Of a stretch of 64,000 nucleotides of DNA, positions 1 to 11,556 are shown piece by piece. The notes beneath the pieces are model-generated. The model worked only from the letters and a program-made list of their open reading frames with translations, had not been told where the DNA came from and did not search any database. A program made the position numbers and the translations under genes. The DNA is from an uncultured Actinomycetota bacterium (GTDB lineage Bacteria; Actinomycetota; Actinomycetes; Actinomycetales; CAWJMD01): assembly GCA_963825505.1 (NCBI GenBank), contig CAWGTL010000001.1, forward strand, positions 8,869-72,868. Direction: 5' to 3'. Positions within the stretch are counted from its first letter, which is position 1, and each line of letters starts with the position of its first letter.

Positions 1-783
1 AGGCCGGCGGGCTGACCGTGGCGACCGTGCTGGACCACTTCGTGGAGAAGGACCGCGCCGCCGCGACCGACACCGACCAGCGCCGCGGTCACCCGGGCGC
101 CGCTGATCCTGCGGCGGACGTGCGGACCCGGGGTCAGCGCCGAGCCGACGCCCTGGTCCAGATGGCCCGCGCCGCGGCCGAGCACGACGGCATCGGCTCT
201 GCCGCCCGGGCGGTGCCGCGGGTCGTGGTCGTCACCACCCCGGCCCAGCTCGCCGGCGCCGAAGGCGCGGGCGCCGCCACGACCACCGACGGCGACCTGG
301 TCGGCCGCGGCTCACTGGCGCGGATCGCCTGCGACGCCGTCATCGACCGCGTCGTCCTGGACACGGCCGGGCGGGTGCTGGCGATGGACACCATCGGCCG
401 CCTCGCGACCGCCGCGCAGCAGACCGCGCTGGCCGCCCGTGACGGTGGCTGCGTCTGGCCGGGCTGCACCACCCCGCCCTCGCTCTGCGAGGCCCACCAC
501 GTGATCTGGTGGTCCCGCGGCGGCCCCACCACCCTCGACAACCTCGCGCTGCTCTGCCACCGCCACCACACCCAGGTCCACGCCCAACCCGAGCACGACC
601 AGGACGCCTGGGTGATGGTGATGCGCGACGGCATCCCGTGGTTCCGACCACCCGACCGGCTCGACCCCGACCGCCGGTTGCGGCGCAACACCTTCCACCA
701 GACCGTCCAGGCCACCCGCGCCACCGGCCTGCGCTGGCGCACGCCCCGGACGCGAGGGCGATCCCGACCCGCCGGTTCCGTGA
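1..783 (+). CDS. DUF222 (13E12-type) + HNH endonuclease protein, 5'-truncated by window; probable +1 frameshift near 745
   Basis: Motifs QRRADAL, RIACDA, ALAARDGGCVWPGC, CEAHHVIWWSRGGPTTLDNLALLCHRHH. After TP the frame degrades into Arg/Pro-rich sequence; the shifted frame reads GREGDPDPPVP* ending at TGA 781-783. Confidence 0.8.
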
Positions 784-784
784 G

Positions 785-1323
785 CTACGAGAGCGCCTCG
801 CGCAGCGCTGCCCAGGTCCGTCCGGATCGCCCTCGACGCTCCGGACCACCCGGAGGTCGGCTCTGGCAGACCGCACCTCGGCCAGCCCGGCCAGGTACCG
901 CTCGAGCACGTCGTCGCCACCCTCGCGCTCGACCACCGCGCGCACCTCGTCGTGCCACGGGTCGGCGCCCTCGCGCCGGTGGAAGCGCGCCACCGGGTCG
1001 TCTGCCGCGTCGACGAGCAGCACGTGCACGAACGTGGCGCCCACCGTGCGGGCGACGTCCTCGAAGCGCTCGAGCTCGCTGACCCGCGCGACCAGCTGCG
1101 GGACGACGACGTCGTCACCGTCGCCCAGGTGCGCCGCGATGGTGGCCAGGGCCTGCCCGCGGGCGTGGCCAGCGGCCTGTCCGGGGGCGCCGATCATGTC
1201 GCGGCGCAAGGCGTCCGGGTCGATCACCACCCGTCCCTCGGCCTCGGCGGCCCACCGCCTGGCCAGCGTCGACTTCCCGATGCCGGGCGCGCCGTTGAGC
1301 AGGACGAGCAGGGGGGCGACCAC
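785..1323 (-). CDS. AAA_33-type P-loop kinase; probable frameshift near 818
   Basis: GTG 2 nt after the TerD-vWA stop; LVLLNGAPGIGKSTLAR Walker A; the shifted frame ends TWAALREALS* (TAG 787-785). Confidence 0.75.
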
Positions 1324-1325
1324 GC

Positions 1326-2688
1326 TCAGCCCAGGAGACCCTGCGCCCGGGCGCGCTGCAGCCAGTCCGGGTACTCCGTCATCATCCGCTCGAACAGGGC
1401 GTCGTCCGGGATCGGCGCGTTGCCCATCAGCTCGTCCGGCGTCACGGCGAAGAAGTCGGCGTTGTCGGTGTAGCGGCCCTCGAGGTCGTCCAGCTTCTCC
1501 AGGAACGCGAACGACGACGACCTGCCGATGCCCATGAACTGCCAGAACACCGGCTCGTACGACGCGGCGGTCACCTGCTGCTCGGCACCCACCCGGTCGC
1601 CGGGCGCACCGTCGGTGACGAACATCGCGTACACCGGCACGCGGTCGCGGTGCGGCTGGTTCCGCGGACCCGCCGAACCGAAGTAGTGCTGGCGCACGGC
1701 GGACATCGCGGCGCCGTACTGCGTCCCGTACTCGAGCGGGTACTCCCGCAGGACGCGGTCGATGAACTCCCGATACCCCTTCTGCCGCAGTCCCTCCGAC
1801 ATGTGGTGCGCCTTGGCACCGAAGAGGAAGACGTCGACCTCGCCGTCGTCGTCGAAGCGCAGGCCGAGCGAGAGCACCCGCTCGGCGAGCCGCTGCACCG
1901 CGCCCTTGTCGTAGAGCCGGCGCATCGAGGCGGAGATGTCGAGCACCAGCGCCACCCGCGCCGTGTGCTCGCCGAGGCCGCGCTTCTCCAGGCTCACGCC
2001 CGCGGTCTTCACCAGCGAGAGCAGCTGCGGGTCCTGCGCGAGGTCCTTCTCCAGCCGCACGAGCCGCTGCTTCTCCAGGCTCATCGGCGCGGAGGGGGCG
2101 GCAGGCGCAGGAGCGGCAGGCGCAGCAGGAGCGGCCGCGGCCGGCTCCTCGTCGACCGAGACGCCCACGTCGCGCGCCATGCCGGCCAGGCCGGTGTCGT
2201 AGCCCTGGCCGACCGCGCGCACCTTCCAGTCGCCGGCCGCGCCGGTACACCTCGACGAACACCATCGCCGTCTCGACCGTCGCGTCGAGCCCGCAGCGCA
2301 CCGCAGGGGGAGCACCCGGGGCACCGACCTCCACCGCGAGCCCGGAGAGCGAGCCGAACGTCCCGCCGCCGTCGAGCGAGGCACCGATGACGACGCGCTC
2401 GACGTCCGCCGGGAGGGCCGCGACGTCGACCTGGGCGCGGTCGACGGTGCGCCCGCCGTCCTGCTGCTTGCCGAGGTGCCGCACCGCGCCGTCGGCACCC
2501 TCGGGCTGGTTGTAGAAGACGAAGTCGGCGTCCGAGCGCACCTTGCCGTCGGCGCCCACCAGGAACGCGGACAGGTCGGCGTCCACGCCCGCGACCGGCA
2601 CCCAGGTGAGGGTCACGACCACCGGTCCACCGGCCAGCCCGGCCTGCGCCAGCCCGATGTTGCCGCCCCTGCTGAGCTCGTGCGTCAC
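1326..2688 (-). CDS. TerD-domain / vWA (TerF-like) fusion protein; frameshift near 2240
   Basis: N-terminal TerD (LSRGGNI, DADLSAFL, DFVFYNQP, EVYRR..WKVRAVGQGY), Ala/Pro linker, then vWA with DISASM MIDAS, FVTDG, FWQFMGIG, DNADFF. Two ORFs are joined by one extra G. Confidence 0.85.
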
Positions 2689-2755
2689 TGCGAGTTCCCC
2701 CTGCGCGTGTCGGTGGTGGGTCACGGACCCTCGTGCCCCGGACCATACTGCGGTG

Positions 2756-3784
2756 ATGAGCGAGCGGTACGGCGCGATGTTCGGGCCCGACGTCACCTTC
2801 CTCGGCGTGCCTCGCTGCACCCTGGACGACCCCTCGACCTTCGCGGACGCCGACGTCGTGGTGATCGGCGCTCCCTTCGACGGCGGCACCTCGCACCGTC
2901 CGGGCACGCGGTTCGGGCCGCAGGCGATCCGCTCCACCGACTACCTCGGCCACGACGGCTCGCGTCCCAGCCTGGCCCTGCGCGTCGACGCCCTGCGCGA
3001 CCTGGTGGTGGTCGACGCGGGCGACGTCGAGATGCCGCCCGGCCACATCGAGCGCAGCCTCGGGGCGCTGGAGGCGGCCGTCACGAAGGTCGCGCGCTCC
3101 GGCGCCGTCCCGGTGGTGCTCGGCGGCGACCACTCGATCGCGTTCGCGGACGCCACCGGTGTCGCGAACCACCACGGCCACGGCCGGGTCTCGATGATCC
3201 ACTTCGACGCGCACGCCGACACCGGCGACCTGGAGTTCGGCTCGCTGTGGGGGCACGGGCAGCCGATGCGCCGGCTGATCGAGTCCGGTGCGCTGCGCGG
3301 AGACCGGTTCCTGCAGATCGGGTTGCGCGGGTACTGGCCGGGTCCGGCGGTGCTGGACTGGATGGCGGAGCAGCGGATGCGGTCGTACGAGATGACCGAG
3401 GTGGTCGCGCGCGGCCTCGACACCGTGCTCGACGAGGCGTCTGTGACCGCCGTCGACGACTGCGACGCGGTGTTCCTGTCGGTCGACATCGACGTCTGCG
3501 ACCCCGGCCACGCCCCCGGGACGGGGACGCCCGAGCCGGGCGGCCTGACCGCGCGCCAGCTGCTCGACGCCGTCCGCCGGCTCTGCATGCGGCTGCCGAT
3601 CGCCGGGGTCGACGTCGTCGAGGTCTCGCCGCCGTACGACCACGCCGACATCACCGCCTCGCTGGCCAACCGCGTGGTGCTCGAGGCCCTGAGCGGGCTC
3701 GCCTGGCAGCGCCGGCACGGCCCCGACGGCGAGCACGACCCGTCCCGCCCCCTGCTCGAGGGACGCCCGCCCGAGGGGGGCTGA
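2756..3784 (+). CDS. speB: agmatinase / ureohydrolase family
   Basis: GAPFDGG..RPGTRFGP, GGDHS, HFDAHADT, SVDIDVCDP..APGTG Mn-binding motifs. Exact substrate (agmatine vs guanidinobutyrate) not resolvable. Confidence 0.85.
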   Translation: MSERYGAMFGPDVTFLGVPRCTLDDPSTFADADVVVIGAPFDGGTSHRPGTRFGPQAIRSTDYLGHDGSRPSLALRVDALRDLVVVDAGDVEMPPGHIERSLGALEAAVTKVARSGAVPVVLGGDHSIAFADATGVANHHGHGRVSMIHFDAHADTGDLEFGSLWGHGQPMRRLIESGALRGDRFLQIGLRGYWPGPAVLDWMAEQRMRSYEMTEVVARGLDTVLDEASVTAVDDCDAVFLSVDIDVCDPGHAPGTGTPEPGGLTARQLLDAVRRLCMRLPIAGVDVVEVSPPYDHADITASLANRVVLEALSGLAWQRRHGPDGEHDPSRPLLEGRPPEGG

Positions 3785-3824
3785 CGGCGGGTCCGGTTGG
3801 CCCCTTGGAGCGCACCACGGGAGG

Positions 3825-5585
3825 ATGCTCGGCGTGGACCTGCAGAAGGAGAGCGCAGCGCCGGCGTCGACCGCGCCGCTGCTCGCTGCGCTCGAGCAGC
3901 TCCGCGACCAGGTGCACGGGCTCCCGCTGCCGCTCGAGACCGCCGGCGCCGGCACCGCACGGGCCGAGCGCACGAGCATGCTCGACCAGCTCGACGACTA
4001 CCTGCTGCCGAGGCTCCGCCGCATCGACGCGCCCCTGCTGGCCGTCGTCGGCGGGTCCACCGGGGCCGGCAAGTCCACCCTCGTGAACTCGCTCCTGCGC
4101 GAACGCGTCTCCCGCTCCGGCGTGCTGCGCCCGACCACGCGGTCGCCCGTGCTCGTGCACCACCCGGACGACGCCGAGTGGTTCGGGTCCGACCACGTGC
4201 TGCCGAACCTCGCACGCCTCACCGGCGACGACCCGGAGCCCACCCGCGAGGACACCGACCGCAAGATCACCAGCGTCCGGCTGGGGGCGTCGGCGTCGTT
4301 GCCGCCCGGCCTGGCCCTGCTCGACGCACCCGACATCGACTCGGTGGTCGACACCAACCGCGAGCTCGCCACCCAGCTGCTCGCCGCCGGCGACCTGTGG
4401 CTGTTCGTCACCACCGCCGCCCGGTACGCCGACGCCGTCCCGTGGGACCTGCTCCGCACCGCCGTCGAGCGGGGGACCTCGGTCGCCGTCGTGCTCGACC
4501 GCGTCCCGCCGGACGCGATGGCGGAGGTGCGCACGCACCTCGCGCAGATGCTGCGCGACAACGGCCTCGGCACCGCACCGCTGTTCACGGTCGCCGAGTC
4601 GACCCGGGTCACCGACGACGGCCTGCTGCCCCCGCAGGAGGTCGAGCAGCTGCGGTCGTGGCTCACCGGTCTGGCCTCGAGCGCGCGCGCCCGGGCGCTC
4701 GTGGTCCGTCGCACGCTCGCCGGCGCGCTCACCTCGCTCGACAAGCGCGTCCCGGTGCTCGCCGACGGGGCCGACCAGCAGGCCGAGGCCGCCGTCCGGT
4801 TGCGCACGGAGGTGCTGTCCGCGTACGGGGAGGCGGACCGGCGGCTCGAGCAGGGCCTCACCGACGGCTCGCTCCTGCGCGGCGAGGTGCTCGCCCGGTG
4901 GCAGGAGTTCGTCGGCACGGGCGAGTTCTTCCGCGGGCTGGAGTCGGCCGTCGGACGGCTGCGCGACCGCATCGTCTCGGCCGTGACCGGACGCCCCGCA
5001 CCCGCCGAGCCGCTCGGGGAGGCCCTCCAGACGGGGGTGGCCGCCCTCGTGCGGGCGCAGGCCGAGGACGCCGCCGAACGGGCCGCGCGCAGCTGGCGGT
5101 CGGACCGGGCCGGGGCGGCCCTGCTGCAGGCGGCGCGGTCCGACGTCACGCGGCTGCCGGCCGACTTCGACGAGCGGCTGCAGCGTCTCGTCCGCGACTG
5201 GCAGGGATTCGTCCTCTCCCTCGTCCGCGAGCAGGGGGCGTCCAAGCGCAGCCAGGCCCGGGTCCTGTCGTTCGGCGTCAACGCGCTCGGTGTCGTGCTG
5301 ATGGTGATCGTGTTCGCCAGCACCGCGTTCATCCCCACCGGCGCCGAGGTCGGCGTGGGGGCCGGCACGGCGGTGGTGGGTCAGAAGCTGCTCGAGGCGA
5401 TCTTCGGCGACCAGGCCGTGAGAGCGCTCGCGGCCCGGGCACGCGACGAGCTGCTCACCCGCGTCGACGCCCTGCTCGAGGTCGAGCGCGAGCGGCTGCT
5501 CGGCCTGCTCGCGGACGCCGGCGTCGACCCGCAGGCAGGGGCCGCGCTGCGGACGGTGGCGGCGCAGGTGAAGGACGCCCGATGA
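3825..5585 (+). CDS. dynamin-like GTPase (DynA-like)
   Basis: GSTGAGKST, LRPTT, LLDAPDIDS, long helical region and C-terminal hydrophobic hairpin; ATGA overlap with the next gene. Confidence 0.85.
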   Translation: MLGVDLQKESAAPASTAPLLAALEQLRDQVHGLPLPLETAGAGTARAERTSMLDQLDDYLLPRLRRIDAPLLAVVGGSTGAGKSTLVNSLLRERVSRSGVLRPTTRSPVLVHHPDDAEWFGSDHVLPNLARLTGDDPEPTREDTDRKITSVRLGASASLPPGLALLDAPDIDSVVDTNRELATQLLAAGDLWLFVTTAARYADAVPWDLLRTAVERGTSVAVVLDRVPPDAMAEVRTHLAQMLRDNGLGTAPLFTVAESTRVTDDGLLPPQEVEQLRSWLTGLASSARARALVVRRTLAGALTSLDKRVPVLADGADQQAEAAVRLRTEVLSAYGEADRRLEQGLTDGSLLRGEVLARWQEFVGTGEFFRGLESAVGRLRDRIVSAVTGRPAPAEPLGEALQTGVAALVRAQAEDAAERAARSWRSDRAGAALLQAARSDVTRLPADFDERLQRLVRDWQGFVLSLVREQGASKRSQARVLSFGVNALGVVLMVIVFASTAFIPTGAEVGVGAGTAVVGQKLLEAIFGDQAVRALAARARDELLTRVDALLEVERERLLGLLADAGVDPQAGAALRTVAAQVKDAR

Positions 5586-7234
5586 CTCCCGGCACCCGGG
5601 TCCGGCGGCGCAAGCCCGTCGACCTCGATGCCCGCACGGGCGCCCTGCGCGAGGCGATCGACCGCGGCGGCGACCGGCTCGACCCCGTCGTCGTGCAGGG
5701 CGCGCGCGCCGTCCTGTCGCGTACCGACGAGCGGCTCGCGCTCGGCGTCGAGTACACGATCGTGGCGCTCGCCGGTGCCACCGGCAGCGGCAAGTCGTCC
5801 CTGTTCAACGCGCTGGCGGGCATCGAGGTGGCGACCGTGGGGGCGAGGCGACCCACGACGTCCAAGCCCACCGCCGTGGTCTGGGGCGAGGGCGGGGACG
5901 CCCTGCTGGAGTGGCTCGACGTCCCACGCAGGCACCGCACCACCCGCGAGTCCGAGCTGGACGGACGCGACCAGAGCGACCTGCGCGGCCTGGTGCTGCT
6001 CGACCTGCCCGACCACGACTCCACCCAGGTCTCCCACCGGCTCGAGGTCGACCGGCTCGTCGACCTGGTCGACCTGCTCGTGTGGGTGGTCGACCCGCAG
6101 AAGTACGCCGACGACCTGCTGCACACGCGCTACCTGCAGCGGCTCTCGGAGCACCAGGACGTCATGGTGATGGTGCTCAACCAGGTCGACCGGCTGCCGG
6201 ACGACCAGGTGCACGAGTGCGTCACCGACCTGCAGCGGCTGCTGCGCGCCGACGGCCTGCCGAAGGTGCCGGTGCTCGCGATGTCGGCCCGCACCGGTGA
6301 GGGCGTGGGCGACCTGCGCGACGCCATGGGCGAGGCGGTCCGGCACCACGAGGTGGTCGCCCAGCGCGTGGTCGCCGACGTGGAGACCGCGGCCGACGCG
6401 CTGCGCGCCGGGGTGGGGGAGTCCGAGCGCGACCCCGAGAAGGTGCCCGGACGCGAGCTGCTGGTCGACGCGCTGGTGCGGGCGGCCGGCGTGCCCGCCG
6501 TGCTCGACGCGGTCGATGCCGACTACCGCCGCCGCGCGCGTGCCCGCACGGGCTGGCCGTTCTCCCGTTGGGTGGCCCGGTTCAAGCCGGACCCGTTGCG
6601 GCGGCTGCGGATCGGCCCGCCGACCTCGAAGCAGACGCCGCCCGACCCGGAGCTCTCGGCGCTCGGACGCTCGTCGCTACCGGCCCCGACCCAGGCGCAG
6701 CGGGCGCAGGTCGAGCTGGCCACCCGCCAGGTCGCCACGCGCTGCAGCGAGGACCTGCCGCAGCGGTGGGCCGACGCCGTGTCCGACGCCGCCGCGCCGC
6801 CCGGGCCCGACCTCGCCGACGCGCTCGACCAGGCGGTGACGTCGGTCGACCTGTCGCACCGGACGCCGGTCTGGTGGCGGCTGGCCGGGTTCGTCCAGGT
6901 GCTGCTGGCGGTCGCCGCCGTCGTGGGGCTGCTCTGGCTGGTCGCCCTCGGCGTGGTGGGCTGGCTGCGCCTGCCCGAGATCGAGACGCCGATGGTGGGC
7001 CCGGTCCCGCTGCCGACGCTGCTGCTGGTCGGCGGGCTGCTGGTGGGGCTGGTGCTGGCCGCGGTGCTCCTCCCGGTCGCGCGCACCGGCGCCCGTCGGC
7101 GTACCCGCCGGGTCGGCAAGGACCTGCGGGACGCCGTCAGCCGGGTCGCGGCCACCGAGGTGCTCGAGCCGGTGGGACGCGTGCTCGCCGACCACCGCGC
7201 CGTCCGGCTCGCGCTGGGCACCCGCGCAGGCTGA
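5582..7234 (+). CDS. dynamin-like GTPase with two TM helices (DynB-like)
   Basis: GATGSGKSS, RRPTT, LLDLPDHDS, DPQKYAD, LNQVD; two C-terminal TM segments; ATG overlaps the upstream TGA. Confidence 0.85.
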   Translation: MTPGTRVRRRKPVDLDARTGALREAIDRGGDRLDPVVVQGARAVLSRTDERLALGVEYTIVALAGATGSGKSSLFNALAGIEVATVGARRPTTSKPTAVVWGEGGDALLEWLDVPRRHRTTRESELDGRDQSDLRGLVLLDLPDHDSTQVSHRLEVDRLVDLVDLLVWVVDPQKYADDLLHTRYLQRLSEHQDVMVMVLNQVDRLPDDQVHECVTDLQRLLRADGLPKVPVLAMSARTGEGVGDLRDAMGEAVRHHEVVAQRVVADVETAADALRAGVGESERDPEKVPGRELLVDALVRAAGVPAVLDAVDADYRRRARARTGWPFSRWVARFKPDPLRRLRIGPPTSKQTPPDPELSALGRSSLPAPTQAQRAQVELATRQVATRCSEDLPQRWADAVSDAAAPPGPDLADALDQAVTSVDLSHRTPVWWRLAGFVQVLLAVAAVVGLLWLVALGVVGWLRLPEIETPMVGPVPLPTLLLVGGLLVGLVLAAVLLPVARTGARRRTRRVGKDLRDAVSRVAATEVLEPVGRVLADHRAVRLALGTRAG

Positions 7235-7370
7235 CACCTCCCGCCGTCCACAGGGGCGCTCTGCGGGGCGTGATCCACAGGACGGTGCCGCGGCAGGCGC
7301 GACCGTCGGCAGGCGAGGGCACGGTCGGTTCTGCCCGCACGGTGCGGGCCCTGCTCCCACGGAGGTGCTC

Positions 7371-7916
7371 GTGAACGAGACCCATGTCACCGTCGTCGGC
7401 AACCTGGTCGCCGACCCCGTCCTGCGCGTCACGCCCGGAGAGCGCGAGGTCGCGGGCTTCCGCCTCGCCAGCACCGTGCGCCGCTACGACGCCGAGCTCG
7501 GTCGCTCGGTCGACGTCCGCACGTCGTTCTACTCGGTGAGCTGCTGGGGCTACCTCGCCCGCAACGTCGCCGAGTCGCTGCGCAAGGGCGAGCGGGTGGT
7601 CGTCACCGGACGGCTCGACGTCCGCGAGTACGCCGGGGACGACAAGGTGCTGCGCACCAGCGTCGACGTCGTGGCCGACGCGGTGGGGCACGACCTCGCC
7701 TACGGCACGAGCCGGTTCACCAAGGTGCGTCGTGGGGTCGCCGAGGCCGCGTCCCCGGCAGAGGGGGCCGCGGAGGCCGAGCCGGACGGCCCCGACAACG
7801 TGCTGGACGAGGAGGAGCCGGTGTTCGGGCCGGCCGAGTCCGACCCGTTCGTGGAGGCCGACGGGATGCGGATCGGCCGCGACGGCGTGCCCGAGGCGGT
7901 GCCGTCGGCGGTCTGA
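7371..7916 (+). CDS. ssb: single-stranded DNA-binding protein, second paralogue (SsbB-like)
   Basis: VTVVGNLVADP, FRLAST.RR, ARNVAESLRKGERVVVTGRL, ADAVGHDL; GGAGG RBS; acidic tail. Confidence 0.9.
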   Translation: MNETHVTVVGNLVADPVLRVTPGEREVAGFRLASTVRRYDAELGRSVDVRTSFYSVSCWGYLARNVAESLRKGERVVVTGRLDVREYAGDDKVLRTSVDVVADAVGHDLAYGTSRFTKVRRGVAEAASPAEGAAEAEPDGPDNVLDEEEPVFGPAESDPFVEADGMRIGRDGVPEAVPSAV

Positions 7917-7997
7917 GGCTTCGCGCGGTGCGCAGGAGGGTGCCGGGCGCGTCCAGCCGATTCGGAGCGCGCCCGGTGCCGCCCCTAGTGTGGAGTC

Positions 7998-9680
<1,683 letters not shown>

Positions 9681-9890
9681 CCGCCGCGCTCAGCCGTCCG
9701 CTGGCACGGCGGCGCAGCATCTGGTCGCCGACCCAGGCGGCGTACTGTGCGGGCGTCCAGCCGCGCAGGTCGACCACCGAACTCAGGTTGCTCGGCCGGC
9801 GTCGCCTGGCAGGCCCAGCTGGTCTCGTACCCGCTGTTCCGCGCTGTGGGCGCGGTGGAGTTCGCGGCTGCCCGCACCCGTGCCCGTCGC

Positions 9891-10847
9891 CTACCTCGCC
9901 CGCGGCGGGCGGACCATGCCCTCCTGGGCGACGGTGGCGACCAGGACGCCGTCCTGGGTGAAGATCCGGCCGGCACCGAGGCCGCGGCCGCCCTGCGCGG
10001 ACGGGCTGGACTGGGTGTAGAGCACCCACTCGTCGGCGCGGGCGGGGCGGTGCCACCACATCGCGTGGTCGAGGCTCGCCGTGGGCCCGACGGTCGCCCA
10101 GGACCGGCCGTGGCGGCGCAGCACCGACTCCAGCAGCGTGTAGTCGCTGGCGTAGCCGAGGACGGCGCGGTGCAGCACCGGGTCGTCGGGCATCGGGGCG
10201 ACGGTGCGCATCCAGACCGCCTGCGAGGCGCGCCGCTCGGAGTCGGGCTGGACGTAGATCGGCGACTGGACGTGCCGCACGTCGATCGGCCGCGCGAAGG
10301 ACCAGTACTGCGCGGCGGGGTGGTCGATGTGGCCGAGCAGCTCGGCGGTGGTCGGCAGGTCGTCCGGGCCGGGGACGTCGGGCATGGCGTCCTGGTGGTC
10401 GTAGCCCTCGTCGGCGTCCTGGAACGAGGCGATCATCGACAGGATCGGCCGCCCGTCCTGCAGGGCGTGCACCCGACGGGCGGTGAACGAGCGGCCGTCG
10501 CGCAGCCGCTCGACCGCGAACTGGATCGGCTCGGTGGCGTCGCCCGGACGCAGGAAGTACCCGTGCATCGAGTGCACCGGACGTCCGGCGTCGACGGTCA
10601 GCGAGGCCGCCATCAGCGTCTGACCGAGCACCTGGCCGCCGTAGACCCGGCCGTGCGGCTGCCACTGGCTGTCGCCCTCGAACATGTCCTGGCCGGCGGC
10701 GTCGGGCTCGATCGCGCGCAGGTCCATCACCGCCAGCAGGCCGGCGAGGATGTCGGCCGGCTCGCGCCGCTCCAGCTCGGGAGGGAGCCCGGTGACGTCC
10801 ATCGGGCCTGCGGGGGTGCGTCCGGCAGGGCGCTCCTCGGTGGTCAC
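9891..10847 (-). CDS. tesB: acyl-CoA thioesterase II
   Basis: RVYGGQVLGQ, HSMHGYFLRPG, RDGRSF, ASLDHAMWWHRP, VAQEG. Confidence 0.93.
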   Translation of the reverse strand: MTTEERPAGRTPAGPMDVTGLPPELERREPADILAGLLAVMDLRAIEPDAAGQDMFEGDSQWQPHGRVYGGQVLGQTLMAASLTVDAGRPVHSMHGYFLRPGDATEPIQFAVERLRDGRSFTARRVHALQDGRPILSMIASFQDADEGYDHQDAMPDVPGPDDLPTTAELLGHIDHPAAQYWSFARPIDVRHVQSPIYVQPDSERRASQAVWMRTVAPMPDDPVLHRAVLGYASDYTLLESVLRRHGRSWATVGPTASLDHAMWWHRPARADEWVLYTQSSPSAQGGRGLGAGRIFTQDGVLVATVAQEGMVRPPRAR

Positions 10848-11518
10848 CGGGTGCTCCTCTCGTGGGGGCGGGCGGACGGGGGAACGGCGCCGAGCATGCG
10901 CACCGCGAGGTCCGCGTAGATCCTGCCCACCTCGGCCGCGGTCTCGCGCCCCCGGGGGTCGAACCAGCGGGCGACGTCGACCGCGAGCGACAGCACGGCC
11001 CGGGTCGCGGTGCGCGGCTGGTCGACCACCATCGACCCGTCGCCGACGCCCTCGCGCACCGCGGCCTCGACGACGTCCTCCAGCCGGCGCCGCACCGCGT
11101 TGACCTCGACCCGGGTGGCGTCGTCGAGCGATCGCAGCTCGTACTGCACCACCCGCGCGACGACGTGGTGCTCGGCGTGCCAGGTGACGAACGCCTCGAC
11201 CATCCGGTGCACGCGCTCCGCCGGGGTGCCGGGCCCGGACAGCGCCGTGGTCACCAGCTCGAGCGCCGCCCGGTGCCCGGTGAGCGAGAGGTGCGCCAGC
11301 AGCGCCTGCTTGGACGGGTAGTGCACGTACAGACCCGCGGGGGAGAGCCCGGCGCGGGTGGCGATGTCGCGGGTGGTGGTGGCGTGGAAGCCCCGCTCGG
11401 CGAACGCCTGCGCCCCGGCGGTGAGCAGCCGGTCGGCGGTGGGGTCGCCCGGGGAGGGCGACTGCTTGACACCGGGTGACGCGCCCGCGAGGCTGTCACT
11501 AAGCAAGCGCTTAGTCAT
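10844..11518 (-). CDS. TetR-family regulator (start uncertain)
   Basis: FAERGFHATTTRDIA..AGLSPAGLYVHYPSKQ HTH; stop overlaps the tesB start. Confidence 0.9.
   Translation of the reverse strand: MTKRLLSDSLAGASPGVKQSPSPGDPTADRLLTAGAQAFAERGFHATTTRDIATRAGLSPAGLYVHYPSKQALLAHLSLTGHRAALELVTTALSGPGTPAERVHRMVEAFVTWHAEHHVVARVVQYELRSLDDATRVEVNAVRRRLEDVVEAAVREGVGDGSMVVDQPRTATRAVLSLAVDVARWFDPRGRETAAEVGRIYADLAVRMLGAVPPSARPHERSTR
11466..11515 (+). promoter_or_regulatory. promoter (TTGACA-17-GAGGCT) and palindromic operator ACTAAGC-N4-GCTTAGT for the acyl-CoA dehydrogenase operon
   Basis: Perfect 7-bp inverted repeat at 11498-11515, AT-rich against the background, between the divergent TetR and ACAD genes. 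Confidence 0.65.
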
Positions 11519-11556
11519 GACGGGACCGTACACCCCGTCCGCCCCCTGGAGGAACA

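Noticed and set aside
2689-2755. Guanidine riboswitch upstream of the ureohydrolase
   Set aside because: The spacer is only 67 bp, holds a -10-like CATACT just before the ATG, and shows no recognisable aptamer.
340-2937. 865-aa ORF looking like a TerD-kinase fusion
   Set aside because: Artefact: the TerD frameshift runs through an off-frame vWA stretch into a separate kinase gene.
3797-7234. 1145-aa ORF as a single giant GTPase
   Set aside because: The first half is an off-frame Arg/Pro-rich reading of gene 1; the real start is ATG 5582.
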